Of a stretch of DNA of 64,000 nt, positions 27,848 through 41,163 are shown piece by piece. The DNA is taken from positions 1,984,001 through 2,048,000 of the forward strand of contig NC_134031.1 in NCBI RefSeq assembly GCF_964204645.1, in the 5' to 3' direction. Under the pieces are notes generated by a model that ran no database searches, was not told the origin of the DNA, and was given only the letters and a program-made list of their open reading frames with translations. How positions within the stretch are numbered: the stretch's first letter is position 1; each line of letters starts with the position of its first letter. A program made the translations under genes and the position numbers. Source of the DNA: Tubulanus polymorphus (Eukaryota > Animalia > Nemertea).

Positions 27848-29928
27848 CGCGTTTTACGATTAATCTCTGCAGGCTCAATACAAATCTATAGGAAAATAAC
27901 AGGTTTCACTATAGAATTCATAATCATAATTACAGTCTACTTGAATGCGTTACGTAACTTCACTATTCTCTTTTAGAATATCACACACGATATACAATAA
28001 TATTATGTACCGGTACATACTATGTATGCAATTATTTAAATATTCAAATGTTTACATTGAATCGTGGAATTAGAATCTCAGCTAATTGAAATAAATCTTA
28101 CAGATGGATGAAAGAACAAGCGCTTATCTCCAATGTTTGTCACATATTTATATCATTAGAAATATGTTTGAAGTATCTACTCAACGAATCGAAGAAATAA
28201 GTATATATAACAACTATATAAATTGCATTTCGATACCTTAGAAAAAGAAAGTACGTGTTTTTAATACTTACTTATAAATGATTTCATGTAATAAACGCGT
28301 ACTGTGAGTGGTTTCCCTGTTTTCCCCTTTCTCATTCAGCGCACCGTAGTTTTATAGCGCTGATTGCACCATATCTATAATTAGAAACGTCGTCATTCGA
28401 CGTCAGCAATGGTTGGTTCAGCGCTGTACGGTGCCAGCGACACGTCGTCGTATCGCCGTACTATAAAGCGGTCGCGTCCCGTTTCAGAAATGTACGAACT
28501 ATAGTAATTTTTTGGTTTACGTAGCTATGAAACCTCTCGTGATAGGAGATGAGGATTTAGTACTGATGGCGTTGTTGTGGATACAGCAAGCATTACGTAT
28601 CGCGCTGCAAACAAAATCAATTCTACCCATAGCAACCTCTATATATTCCGTCCGTGTTCCTAATCCGTACGGCAAGGTTACTAGAGCGGACACAGATCCT
28701 CAGTTCTGAGTATAGATTCAAGAATTAACTCGTTGAAACTGAAATAATTTTAACTCAGATTTCACTTTAACTTACAACTGTGGAACTGGAGATCGTGGAT
28801 GGAATCCTATGGGTCCTGGATTAAAATATTTAACTGGGTCCGATAAATGGATGGAACATTTCGATCGGGCGTCGGGTATTGTTCCACCGAGTAGTGTTTC
28901 CCACCTTTCAGCAGTCCAATGCAGGGGCCTTGTTGTTTTTTCAAAAAGATATCCATACAATAATAGCGCACGGGCAGCGGGGCTGTTCCGCGGTATATTT
29001 GGCTTACACACTAGAACCATTTCCTTTTGATGACGCGCTTTCGGTGCGTTCCCAAGTACAGACGACACCAGACGAAAAAACGAAAGTGGAGGATCAGAAT
29101 GGGAGTCGTCGAGCCCTGAATATCAAGGCACTGACACACCAACGAAAAACCGTGATAGATAAGATAGTAAATTTCATATTTCATGGATTGCATGTGCATA
29201 TATTTCATATGGTCTATGATGTAAAATTTACAATGCATATTTTGATTATTTGCCAGCAGAAAAATGACATTTCTTTAAAATATTAGCGATTAATATCATA
29301 CATATATAATACTTTACACGAAAATGCAATATGTATTCAATTATATACTCGACACATATATAATTAGTATTACACTGATATGATATGGCTGTAGTACGTG
29401 TAAACGGGTGCATTTACCAGTTCCCACGGAATCTTTAGAACTTCAATTTGATTACAAACAAGGTCGCATAGATTGAAGAATTTCTCTTTGTCGATACAAG
29501 AATATGGGCCTGGAACCGGTTCCACATTTTTTAGATTGCAATCCAAATATAAGGTATATAAATCCTACATAGTAATTTGCTCGTTCGATAGAAACGACTG
29601 TAGGACAACTAAGGTAAAATATATGTTTTGTCATTTGAATGTGGCTGTACTGGTTCTAGTGAAGATTCAATGGAAAAAATCGGTTTGTCGGTCGACACAT
29701 AAAACCAGCCCGAGATTATTTTGACCGAAAATTTAGAAACAACGTCATTTTTCACATACGCCATAACATTCAAAGCTGTACCCATTGACACACGAGTTCT
29801 CTTCAACGATACATCGGCTGACTCCACACAGATCCACGATGATTTCATCATCGAATTACGAAATTCTAATTAATCGACGCTTGAATCCATTTATGAATGA
29901 AAGCGGCCGTGTTTATGTTATAACGGGG

Positions 29929-31494
29929 TCAAACGTGAACTGGCGGGTGTTCGTTCGTTTGGTTCAATCTTAACGGTTTGTTAACATCGTCCGGGAAACA
30001 GGGCACTTTCAACAGCTGTTTGAATATCAATATATAATTGATAGTGACCGGAATGACGATCAGATTGAGAAACAAAGCTAACGATTCGAGTACGACTCGT
30101 ATTCGCAGTTCGTACGGAGTTTTCGGAGGAATGTCGGCGTCGCTCAGTTTGTAACACGTAAAATATTGCACCGTCGTCGACTTCGACGTCGCCGACCTGA
30201 CGTTCGAACCGGCGACGTTACCGTAACACGACGCGAAATGTTTCACGTCTTGCGTTATGCCGACGATGCACCAAGTCGAGTAAAACAGACACAAACACAG
30301 AGTTATTACCGCCATGATTAGCGTGTTCACCGTTTGACATTGGGTCTTTTTTCGGACGCCGGCCGATGCGATACAGGCCAGCGCGATGTACGACGCCCCG
30401 CACCACATTCCCGCGTACAAAAACGACCCGTACGGATTAAACGCCATCGAAGCGCCACCTATAATCAACGTCCCGACGCCGGCGACGAACACGATACAGT
30501 TCAGTGGCGCCACCTTGAAAAATTCCGGATTTTCTTCACGCGTCGGGTTTGAGATTCGATTCGCGTGCGTCGGCCTGTGATTGGCCAGATTTTGATGACG
30601 TAGTCTGTTCGGGTAATGTCTGCGGAGTACCGGGGTGACTAGTTGACTCTCGTCACTGAGTATCGGTTGTGATATAAGTCCCGGCGGTTGACTTTGCGAG
30701 TTGTTTCCGAACGAGAAATACGCGGAATCGTTCCTGGCCTGGTGATACGTACCGAGCATTGCGATGGCGTCCTGGTATGTAGGCGGCGGCGGTGTACACG
30801 TATGCCGACTATGATGTGAATCACTGTTATGTTTAGAAGGCACTGGACTAGCCCTGGGACCCGCGCTATGCATCGTGGGCCGATGCGTTAAAGCAGGGCT
30901 TGACGCCGAACTCCTGCTTATTACAGTATTTCGACTGCCGACAGTCGCGGCTGCCATGCCGGCGTGATCGTGAAGTGACGTCATGCCGTACTGAGTCTGG
31001 TTCGTCGCGCCATGTTGGTGTTGATACTGATTCGAAGGAGGCATTAAACATTGCGACGGCGATGTTGGTTGCTGTCCGTACGGTGATGACGTTTGACACT
31101 GCGGAACAGGCGAGGGCCCGTTCATCGATAGAGTCAGACTACACTGGCTCCCGGGTGAACACGCCTGCTGCGGTCCGTAGTATATCGGTCCATAGCTTGT
31201 CGGAGTCGTTTGGCCGAGCCCTTGCGATGGCGCTTGACAAGAATTCACGTGGTACGATTGGGTATATGGATTTTGGCACTGGCTCGTACGTTGGTATTGG
31301 CCATGAGTTAATACGGGGCAATGGTTGTTCGCAACGAGCGCATCCTGGTGGTGACGTTCCGAACAACTAGTTAGTTCTAACGATGGCTCCTGTAACGGCA
31401 GGACAGCTTCGTTTCGGCAGCAATCTGCCGCGTTAGTGTGTTTGTCACATCTCCTAGTGTCGGTATCATTCAACTGGCTAACGGTAACTCCCAT
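29929..31494 (-). CDS. 521-aa single-coding-exon membrane protein: Q/P/S/H-rich N-terminus + four-TM MS4A/CD20-like C-terminal domain
   Basis: Uninterrupted GC-richer ORF. A splice acceptor (tatttcag) lies ~20 nt upstream with an in-frame TAG before the ATG. Four hydrophobic segments including YAGMWCGASYIA, similar to the MS4A GxWxG motif. Family assignment is by motif impression only. Confidence 0.75.
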   Translation of the reverse strand: MGVTVSQLNDTDTRRCDKHTNAADCCRNEAVLPLQEPSLELTSCSERHHQDALVANNHCPVLTHGQYQRTSQCQNPYTQSYHVNSCQAPSQGLGQTTPTSYGPIYYGPQQACSPGSQCSLTLSMNGPSPVPQCQTSSPYGQQPTSPSQCLMPPSNQYQHQHGATNQTQYGMTSLHDHAGMAAATVGSRNTVISRSSASSPALTHRPTMHSAGPRASPVPSKHNSDSHHSRHTCTPPPPTYQDAIAMLGTYHQARNDSAYFSFGNNSQSQPPGLISQPILSDESQLVTPVLRRHYPNRLRHQNLANHRPTHANRISNPTREENPEFFKVAPLNCIVFVAGVGTLIIGGASMAFNPYGSFLYAGMWCGASYIALACIASAGVRKKTQCQTVNTLIMAVITLCLCLFYSTWCIVGITQDVKHFASCYGNVAGSNVRSATSKSTTVQYFTCYKLSDADIPPKTPYELRIRVVLESLALFLNLIVIPVTINYILIFKQLLKVPCFPDDVNKPLRLNQTNEHPPVHV

Positions 31495-34400
31495 CGTGAT
31501 CTACCATAGATACCTGAAATAGACACAAACATAACAGAATGTTAGAAATATGATACATAAATGAGATATTTCACGAGTTTGTCAGTGCACTTGCGCCTAA
31601 TTCATGTGCTTTCTCCACATTTGGCATGAAGAACACAACGAAGATCTATAGTGATTATTACTTTCTAATTGGCAAAAAAGTTCGTCCTGGAATGTGAGGA
31701 TGGCTTCAATTCAGGGTTCGTGGGCTCGAATACTGTTTGCACACAGAGTTTCTCCGTCGTTTTATTTCGTTTTAGAGTCCTTGGTCTAAACATGTATAAC
31801 TGTGATGGTCAATCATTGTTGATATTTGTTTTAGGACTCAGATGTTTTCGGGAACGACAGTCCAGACTGTTGCACCCACTCAGTTATTCTGGTTTGGATT
31901 TCATCCCGTGATATGGGGTCGCTGTATACTGCTTCCGTTAATGGCGGTAACACAGCTGTGAAATAAAGATATTTGATAGAATGTATAAGATATTGTGTTC
32001 GTCGCAGGTTGTCGGAGAGGTGACAAACTAATTCCTCTTTATTCTCTGGTATCTGAAGCCGAAGACGAATACTCTCGAACTGTCAACAGACAAAAGGCGA
32101 CCGAGTAGGATGCATGTTCCCTGTTTGCCCCTGATACGCTCGGAGGGAGAAGTGCTACCATATAGCCATAGAACTCGAATGGGAAAGCTGACTTAGAAGT
32201 CACTTAGAAATCTTGTATCATACTCGCAGCGTCCTCACCGTTATCGATAGACAATGTTATCGGTAATATTTTCTCTGCGAAATATATTTGCGCGAAAAGC
32301 GTTTTTTTTTTCATGATCCAGTAAAGAACCAGCAAACACATTACATACGGCAGGCCACGTCACGTGTAACGCGATACCTGGAAATAACCAATCATCCCCG
32401 AGCAAGCCCTGTACCGCCTGCTAGGAATTCCGTTCGGAGCCTCTTCTAGTGTCTCGACATGAGCGACAAATTGGCCACTACATCATCGGTTTTTGTCTTG
32501 ATGTCATCCGTTTGGATGATACAAAAATACACCGACTGCCGAGCACGTCGTCGGGTCTATTGTTTGCGAGATCTACAACGTCATATTCGGCGGTAATGAC
32601 TCAAAATGTAGAGTATTTTAATGGATTTCCGAAACTACAAACACTTGAATAAACTCAACATCCAACATCCGTGGCTTGCGGCGAATATTTACGCATATGC
32701 TATGAATAACAAGCGACTTAAAAAACCTAAAATGTCAGAAACTTGTGATGAAAATTGTGTACACAAAATTGTATCAGATTTGTCTTCAAATCAGGAATGA
32801 AGTGGCCTAATAGCTGGACACGATTTGTGTAGTCACAGTCGGGTTGGGCGCGTTGAAATAAAAAAACTGAGATGGTGTCGATATATTTGCTACCGTGACA
32901 AATAAGTCAAATAAGTTTGCTTTTTGCGTGAAATGGAGTGAACCCGTGAACCAAGCGCGTGGCAGAACATTTTTAATGTTACTTTGTTCGTTAGTCTTGT
33001 AGCGAAGAAAGATGCATTATTTCATTGATAACGAGAATTCTGATAATCGTGACCACGAACAGTAGCAAAATGAATATTCTTATAAGGTACGTTGATGATG
33101 AAATAGCCCTTTCGTAACTGAGGGATAGATAGCAATCTGATGCGCTAAACAAGGCTAAGTAGAAGCCATCGTGTGGACGGCGGTTAAATAGGCCATTAGT
33201 ATAATTCGCATAGTCTAACGATCGTCACAAGTCGCGGAGTATTTGATAGCTTTGCTGGATTTATAGATCCAAACATCGACGACTCTTGACTTAGAAATTA
33301 GCAGCCACTTATTATTCCATAATTATATATGATGAACGACGTAAAGTATAGGGAGGTGCGTGTCGCTGCCGAACGTTTATTCTTAAAAAAACCCGATTCA
33401 AATTAAATGAAAAGATTTAATGGGTCTAAGGAAAATAAAGATTGTGACATTTTTCATTTCGATAATAAAACAAAGGATGAATATACGAAACTACTCGTAA
33501 AACAAAAAGAAGGTGCAAACCGAGGCATCCAGCTCTTCCTGAACCCTTTCTGACCTTCTGCAGAAATTACCAACGAACTATAAACTGGGAGATGAGAACT
33601 TAACCTCCTCGGCGAACAGGTTCAATAATTACATCGACCAGTTTCAAGTTAGCCGAAAGTTACCGTTACATCGAATGGAAATCCTATCTGAGTTTCAGCT
33701 CGTATGCAACACGGTGGTTGTTTGTATATTGCAAATATTTCGCGTTTTGACTGACATATGTTTATAAAGGAGTGGATGAGGCTTAAGTGGTTATATAGTT
33801 AAATCCGAGTAAATACTTTGTAAACACTAATGATCGAGGTTCAAACTCTCATCTCCTCGCGTTTGTACGAGTGACGCACAGGCTGTTCATATTCCGAAAT
33901 ATCATGCATGAATATTATATGTAGTTGGCATTTATCTTAAAAGTCACTGGTTGTGGGAATATCCCCCGGTACAAATCAAGAGCGCTCTGGAACCCCTTCT
34001 GGATGGATGGAAAATCTTGATTCCGCAACTGATGAATTACCGATCCGCGGTATAAGGTTGGTTAAAGGCCCAGTGAGGCTGGTCTTGCAGCTGCCTTGAC
34101 TTAATGCGACCTCTCCTGGTCCACGGTGTCTCAGAGTTCAGACACTGTTAGTCTGTCTCACAGCACACATTGCGTTGCGTCACAACAAATAATATTTTCG
34201 GAATTGATTCCGAGCCCTTGTTTTTAATGCGAAATATGCTTTCAAGCTCGCCTTAGCCAACTCAGAAATTCGCCAAACCCGTCATTCGCTCAACTCAGAC
34301 ATACTCGTACTTAACGAAATCATTTTCTTACTTTTCTGAACCTAACTCAGCCTTTCGCAATTTCCAATTTCACCGGTCCCAATTTCTCCGAGCAAGGCGA

Positions 34401-36055
34401 AATCCACTGTACATCGAATTATTTTCCGGATTGACAGTGAACGGGAGACCATCGGATGCCTCAATTTACGAGAACGAATGCGTCTTTCGTTTCGACGCCC
34501 ATTGACATGATAGTTGTCACTGTTAGCGACTGTAATTTACAGTATCGGTTAACAAGCGACCGGTGGCTATATCCGCTATCAAGAGTTAGCAACGCGTCGC
34601 AGTTAATGGTTTAGGTACTATATAAAAAAATATACATCACGATATAAGTATCTACGTACTTCATCAACGCCACCATTATCATTGCACTTTTTAGATTGAT
34701 GATAGCTATGAAGTTTCGAAGCGGGGTCTTTTAGCCGCGATGTGCATAAGGGCCATTTATTACGGGAGCCACGCGTTCGCCGAGCGGATTGTAATTGGAC
34801 ACCATTTCCGACAGTCGAAGCTTATTGTGCGCTTTTGCTACTCGTGATGAAATATTTGCAGAATGGCGAAAAAAATCTGAATAATTTATTCATTAAAAAC
34901 TAATACGGTCTAGTATTTAACAAAGATAACGAAAAATCGTAACATTCGGTAAGATTGCCTGAAAGCTTTATCTCTTTTGGTCCTCAATCAATCAATAACA
35001 GACAAGGCTGGACTTGTCCTACGATTTATGGTAAGACCATTTTCGGACGAACGTTGCAGCAGGACTGGGGCAGTACACGCGAAGAATCGGAAGTCAAAAT
35101 CTCAATCAAGATCAACTCAGAATGATCTACTAGTTTTCGAATCATTCTAGTATTTGACGAAGATAACGAAACGTGTTTGCATCATAGTCTATCACCAGTT
35201 TTATAGTCAAGAATTTAAGTCGAGTCAAACTCCATCTTGGTTCTCTAATCGACTAGGATGGTCCTACGATTCGAGCCCATTTTCTAAAACTCTCTTATCA
35301 GCCCGAAAAAGAAGTCCACACCGTAACGAATCACATACTTTGTGTTTCGACGCATGAAAAATAGTTCACTTTGTTTGTTTTGACGTAATTTATTGCCTAT
35401 GCCTCGCGCCGATATCTGAATCACACACTTCGCTATTAGTCATTCGCTACGCACACGAGACCCCGGGACCCATTTGCGACGATGATTACTCATTATGGAC
35501 GCCGGAAACCGGCCGTTTTTTAAGTATATCATAAGCAGTTATCGATTTTCTGTATACGAGAGAAACCTATCCGATCTAACTTTGTGTGTATGAATACCTA
35601 ATTAGGCAACCGTATTTCGCATCTTTTCATGAGAAAACCCCACAAGTGTTATCGACAAACTGTTGAGTAGAAAACTAGAAGAGTGTCCTTTTTGTAAATG
35701 AAAATATTCTCTTCATCGAGTGCGTGAGTTGATAAACGTCAATTTAGCGAAGCAAATCACGTTAAATTATCTCGAAACGTCGACCTAATTCAACCAGCTG
35801 TCACTAGACGGCGTTGTAACTTTTCGATTCATTTTCTCCTCCATATACCATGGGAATGGGTGGAGTGTAATGAATATTCGTATTCGTATTCGTATTCATA
35901 GATGGCAATATTTTCTTGATGTCAACGTCGGAATACTTTCACTGACAAAGTGTTGCGCTAGTATTTTCACACTAGCGCACCTGGCGTTTCCTCGACTGCC
36001 ACGTGAACAAGATGCAACGAGCATGAGCGACAGCGGCGGTACCGGCACCGACACT

Positions 36056-36079
36056 AGCAACAGCAACAGCAACAGCAAG

Positions 36080-36114
<35 letters not shown>
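36056..36114 (+). repeat. (AACAGC)n microsatellite
   Basis: Direct reading. It explains the poly-L, SN and VA ORFs. Confidence 0.95.
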
Positions 36115-36116
<2 letters not shown>

Positions 36117-36961
36117 CTATAGTTGGACCATCCAGTGTTGGACGCAGTCATGGCGATATGGACATTTACAAATTTCATGGACTCGCATTGTATCGTCCGT
36201 CAAAATGGCGTCGGTCACGTGAAAAGAGCACATTCATGGCTTCACGACCTCTTTAGGTCACTGTCCTCGCAAATTCTCAATAAAAACTCAGACTTCCTAA
36301 ATCATTCGCTTTTATCGGTACATTATGGAATTTGCAAATCAGTTGCCGCTGTGTTGTATTAGTTGAGATCTCTCTCAATGGTCTCGGTAGCTATGTGTCA
36401 GCTGCCGTGCTTAGTATTAGACAATAAAAACAAGAAAACCATCATAAATAAAGAAACCTCGCGTATCATAAAACCAGCGGATTTGCGGTGTATCCGTTTG
36501 AAGGCGGTATCTTCCAAAACAGCCGCAAATTCCCCGATTTTATATATGTATATACGTATATATATATACGAAGAGACTCGCACTGAATGACGCACGCGCA
36601 GTTTAACGAGTCTCTGTTTGTTGTGTCTGATTCCGGATAAAATCATTCACCGAATTCGACTCGAATTTCAATCGTATACGCGAGTACTACATTTCATGCG
36701 AAGAAAAATGCAGGCGGAAATGATGTTTATAGTGTTCAACATGATTGAATCAGTTTTACAGCAGTTTGTTGTATAAGATTTTAAATAGGATATTGGAAAG
36801 ATCCGCAAAACTCAGACTGGAAAAATTGACCAAGAAAAATGGCATATCCTCATTTTGCTTATTGTTATAGTTCATGATACCAACATGGACCTTAATGTCA
36901 TAATACTATGGGCCAAATATTGAACTGGTCCCGCGAACTATTGGCATGAGGGAACGATAAC

Positions 36962-37149
36962 CACACTCAAACGTGGTGAACGGATAATAAGATAAAAACC
37001 CACTTTCGATCTCACCCTAGAGATCATCGTCACGTGTGACGATGATTTCTAGGGTGAGATCGAAACGTCGTGTCTTCTATATATTTTAGATTGAATAAAT
37101 AAATTCTTGTTTTTAAATTCTTTTAATCCGTACATAGTGGGTTTTTATC
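36962..37149. mobile_element. Foldback element with head-to-head hammerhead-like cores
   Basis: Palindrome 37004-37065 tttcgatctcaccctagagatcatcgtcac / gtgacgatgatttctagggtgagatcgaaa. Outer inverted repeat gataaaaacccact (36991) / agtgggtttttatc (37136-37149). Confidence 0.7.
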
Positions 37150-38479
37150 CTATTTTCAGCGTGAGGATATGCCTATTTGCGGGCAGGGGATGATGACACA
37201 TGGATCGAGAGTTTAAGCGTATATCTCAACGAGACGCTATTACGTATTTCATCATCGTAGCCGACGACGTACTGCGAGAGGATCGTACTTGTTGTAAACG
37301 ACAGCTTCTCTATGTCATGTAAGCAATTACCGAGGCAATATGTCAGATTAGAACGCACATATTTCCTCTACGACTTGTCGTGAAACCGACGCACGTCGCG
37401 AACACAACAACAGCGCCGACCGCGAAAACCTTTTTTTCTCTATGTATCCGTGAACGCACATAGAAAGCCGCGTCATCCGATACGGATGTCGTATAATATT
37501 GGCGAATTTCCATTCTTGTGTATCTCGTTTCGTAGCGAAAAGCTCCTTCAAGCCAGCGCATTGGGAACATAACGTTCAGCCAGCCGATAAGCAACGACCA
37601 GACGACGTAAGCATACGAAATCGTCCCGTCTCTCCTCCTCAGTGCAAACACATGTTGCCGCTCCTCGTGAGAGATTTGATTTATTTGCTGTGGACGCAGA
37701 AAGACAGCTTGATGAATGCAGGTGAACCAGGAGACAATTCCCGACTGATTTAATTAAAGATTTTGTATGCATACTTGTTTATCGGCGAAAGGGCAAAGCG
37801 CCAGTGAAGCAGTGGATACTATTCTTTTCGTGGATGAAGCGCTTTCGATTGAAACTTGTCATTTTTGCAGTTTTGGCGAAAATCATTTCGCAGATTAGCA
37901 CGTCAATCTTACAGTCATGTCGTAATTAAGTCCTAAGACCATTGGCCAGTTTAATCTCTTTTGTAGAATCAAAACTTACTTGTCTGAAGGTTCAATTATC
38001 AACTCAAGGCAATCGACCCTTCGTCGAGATTGATTGTAAATCTGTATAACTGTTTCTGTCGCGCAGACATAATACTTAGTTTCACACTGTGATACAGTCT
38101 GAGTTAATGGGATAATTCCGGAGCGTCTCCCCATGCGCCTTCGGCAAAAAACGATCAACGATGACTGCTTTAAATATTGGATAATTTCCATGAAAATGAA
38201 TCTGCGTTCAGACTCGTCGATTTCTCGCCAGCCAGAAGGTGTCGGTGACTCGAATTACTCACAACTTGTTGCCGCCTGTCAACCGCAATTATCCATAAAG
38301 ATTTTCCCACGCGGTTTCGTATTCCGCGTTTCCGAAGACGACGAAAACATCGTCATCTTCCATTCACAAGCGACTCGTCGACAACACGATGATCGCTGTA
38401 AAAATGTAACGAAGACAGGGGTGGGCACTGCTAAAAACGACCTTTTATTGCAGGGAATATTCAAATTTTCCCGCGGAAT

Positions 38480-38765
38480 CAGAGAGGTAGAGGGGTAGGG
38501 ATGGGAGAGGAGGACGAGACTGGGGAGACGGGAGTGGAGAGGGTGGGGGAGAGGAAAGAGAAGAGGGGATAGAGGATAGAGAAAAGAGGAGAGAGGATAG
38601 AGAGCGGGAGACAGGAGAGGGGAGATGAGAGAGGATAGAAAGAGAGGGTATGAAAATAGAGGGTAGAAAGAAGAGGAGAGAGGATAGAGAAGATAGGAGA
38701 GAGAAGAGCGGTAGATGGGATAGAGGGAGACAGGAGAGGAGAACCGAAGATGGAGAGGGAGAGAG
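38480..38765 (+). repeat. Polypurine (GA-rich) low-complexity tract
   Basis: ~285 bp almost entirely G/A. Confidence 0.9.
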
Positions 38766-40939
38766 TTCTAACACAAGCGGAGACAAACGACACTATACGC
38801 AAGGAGGGTAAAATAACGGTGATTGCAGACGACACGTTCCCCCGCACGCAACAAACAACAAAAGCATAAGATTTATGACTTATGCATATGTATCATGAAT
38901 AAATAGAATGTCCCCTGGTTATCTATGGTAATCATACAATGTTAGTTGATTTTCGATACTACGCATACAAGGCTCAGAATATTCTATCGCTGGTTTATAA
39001 TTCTACCGCCGTCTGCAGCAGCGACTGTTTACATCGACGAACAAACCAATCTGAAATTGAGTTTCAAAAACGATTTTTCAATTTGAAAGGAATCCATAAC
39101 GTTTTCGACCCCAATCAAAAGATAAATCCCACCTTCGAGATTGCAAATCGTGTTCTACGATTTTATAGGCATTCGAGGCATCCTCGTGGGCGCGTGATGA
39201 GATGGGATTTTTTCACGCAAGAATTCCCAAATTCCCGACAGATTCCTGAAACAGTTGCTGCGTTGCTGGGGAAGTTTTCATTGTACAAATGCACGATTCG
39301 TCGTGTATATATATATATAGCGAGTTATGTGAGCTCAGTGCCACCAGAGACTGATGTCATTTTACTGACAAGCCGCGAATAACGGATAAAAAGCGAACTG
39401 TTTAGAATTTAATTTAAGCTCAAACGCAGTACGCATTTCTATACACTTCAAAATCCGATTTGAATTTCAAGTAGGTACGTGGAGCCTCGTTTATACGCAG
39501 TTCTATTTTGCATCTCAGTTATTCTAATATGCAAATTAGGCGCCAATGAACCGGCAAGTTTTTTTGAACGATAAGCACTTAAAACTTTCAATTGAATAGG
39601 AGGAATTTCATCCTCCGAGGACGCGGGATAAAGAAACATAAGTGTTCACGCCATTAGTTTTGATGGCGATTAAGACACAATGGCAGATGGAATTTGTGAA
39701 TTGCGGTCTTTGTGATGTTGATCGAATCCGACGATTCTCGGTGCGGTTTTTTAGCCAATTAAACTCAGAATTTATCGATTTCAAAATAACGAAGATTATA
39801 AGGATTATAGAATGGTTTAATGGACATAATACTGCAAAAGGAGTGTCATAGAGTCGCAGGGAGAGTTGACTTCAGTCCACTGGCAGTTAGGCTGAGTTTG
39901 ATTCTGGACCCAGATGCACGATTATTTATAGGTCTTACTTCGACCCACGTCAACAGTTCAACTCGAGGCACAGTTTCGAAGTTTCGTTTGGCCGTAAATT
40001 CAAAATACACAAACAAATAGAACAATATCAATGATCGGGCATGAGAGTGCCGTGAAGGTTATTTTTCGGACTGGCGGTATTCTCCTGCGGGTCCTGTAAC
40101 GAATTTCTAAGAGGCTCCAGTGTCAACACGATCACTCAACAATACACCGGAAACCGCTTAGACGCCATGTTGCTTGATTTTTCTCGGCGGAACGTAATTT
40201 ATTCATACACAATTTCCAGTAGTATTTGCCGTGCGATCTCAACACGTGCTTAACTGAACAAACACTTTCCATATCGCTCTCTCTCGCTCTCTCTCTCTCC
40301 CGCTCTCTCTCTCTCTTCTCTCTCTCTTCTCTCTGTCACAGTCCTCAATCGATTCGCCGTCCTGGAAACTTCGTATCGCAAACCTCTTCAAAAACAAGGT
40401 TAATACATTCGTTTATAAACAGACTTCATAGAAAGATCGTTTTTCCCCAGAACGCTTTGTCATCAAAATAAGATCCAAATCCTTATTATCCGGTGCTTAT
40501 GGGGTGACCGCGTCGGAAATTTCCATAACCTGAATCATCCGATTATTCCGGTCTTTCTGAGATGATGTTTTTCTAAAAAGTGAGAGACTTATTATATATT
40601 TGCATATATGACTCCGTATACTTAAGTATCAAGTGTCATCTTATATTGCACGATGTGATCATATGGCGAATAGTGCTTGCGATATCAAGAATCGCGTGCA
40701 GAGTATAACAGCCGATGGAAGTGAATTTATTTTAAAAATCCAAATATTGTTTCGGATTTATATAACAGGTAACATGTGGCTAAGCGGGTCACAAAAAATA
40801 CATTCAGAAATTGATTTGAACACTGGTTCACATTTGAATCAAAAAGATAAATTCAATTTGATTAGTTTAAGATTTATGGGATTTTACTCCCTAGCAGCAA
40901 CGATATCCCTGTTATATCCAGAAACGTTGAAAATAAACT

Positions 40940-41163
40940 AATCTTAACTCGGATTTAATTCTAATTTACATCCGTTGTTCTAGATCCTGAATTCAGATTT
41001 AACTCTTATACTCACATCTGTGGAACTGGATTCTGAGTTCAGAGTAACTCTAACTCACAACTGTGGAAGTGGGGCCCTGAGTTCGGAGTAACTCTAACCC
41101 ACCTGCGGAACTCGATCTTAAGATCAGAGTTAACCGTAACATAAAACTGTGGAACTGGGTCCT
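40940..41163. repeat. ~43-bp tandem repeat (ctgagttcagagtaactctaactcacaactgtggaactgg). Related fragments at ~22560, ~28700-28840, ~59740, ~60060
   Basis: Four successive units ending in ctgtggaactgg. Confidence 0.7.

Noticed and set aside
30218-31370. Overlapping alternative-frame and antisense ORFs inside the 521-aa gene
   Set aside because: Expected shadows of a GC-rich coding sequence, with no recognisable motifs.
35789-35801. ttcaaccagctgt matches the 3' half of miR-133
   Set aside because: Seed region absent and no pre-miRNA hairpin.
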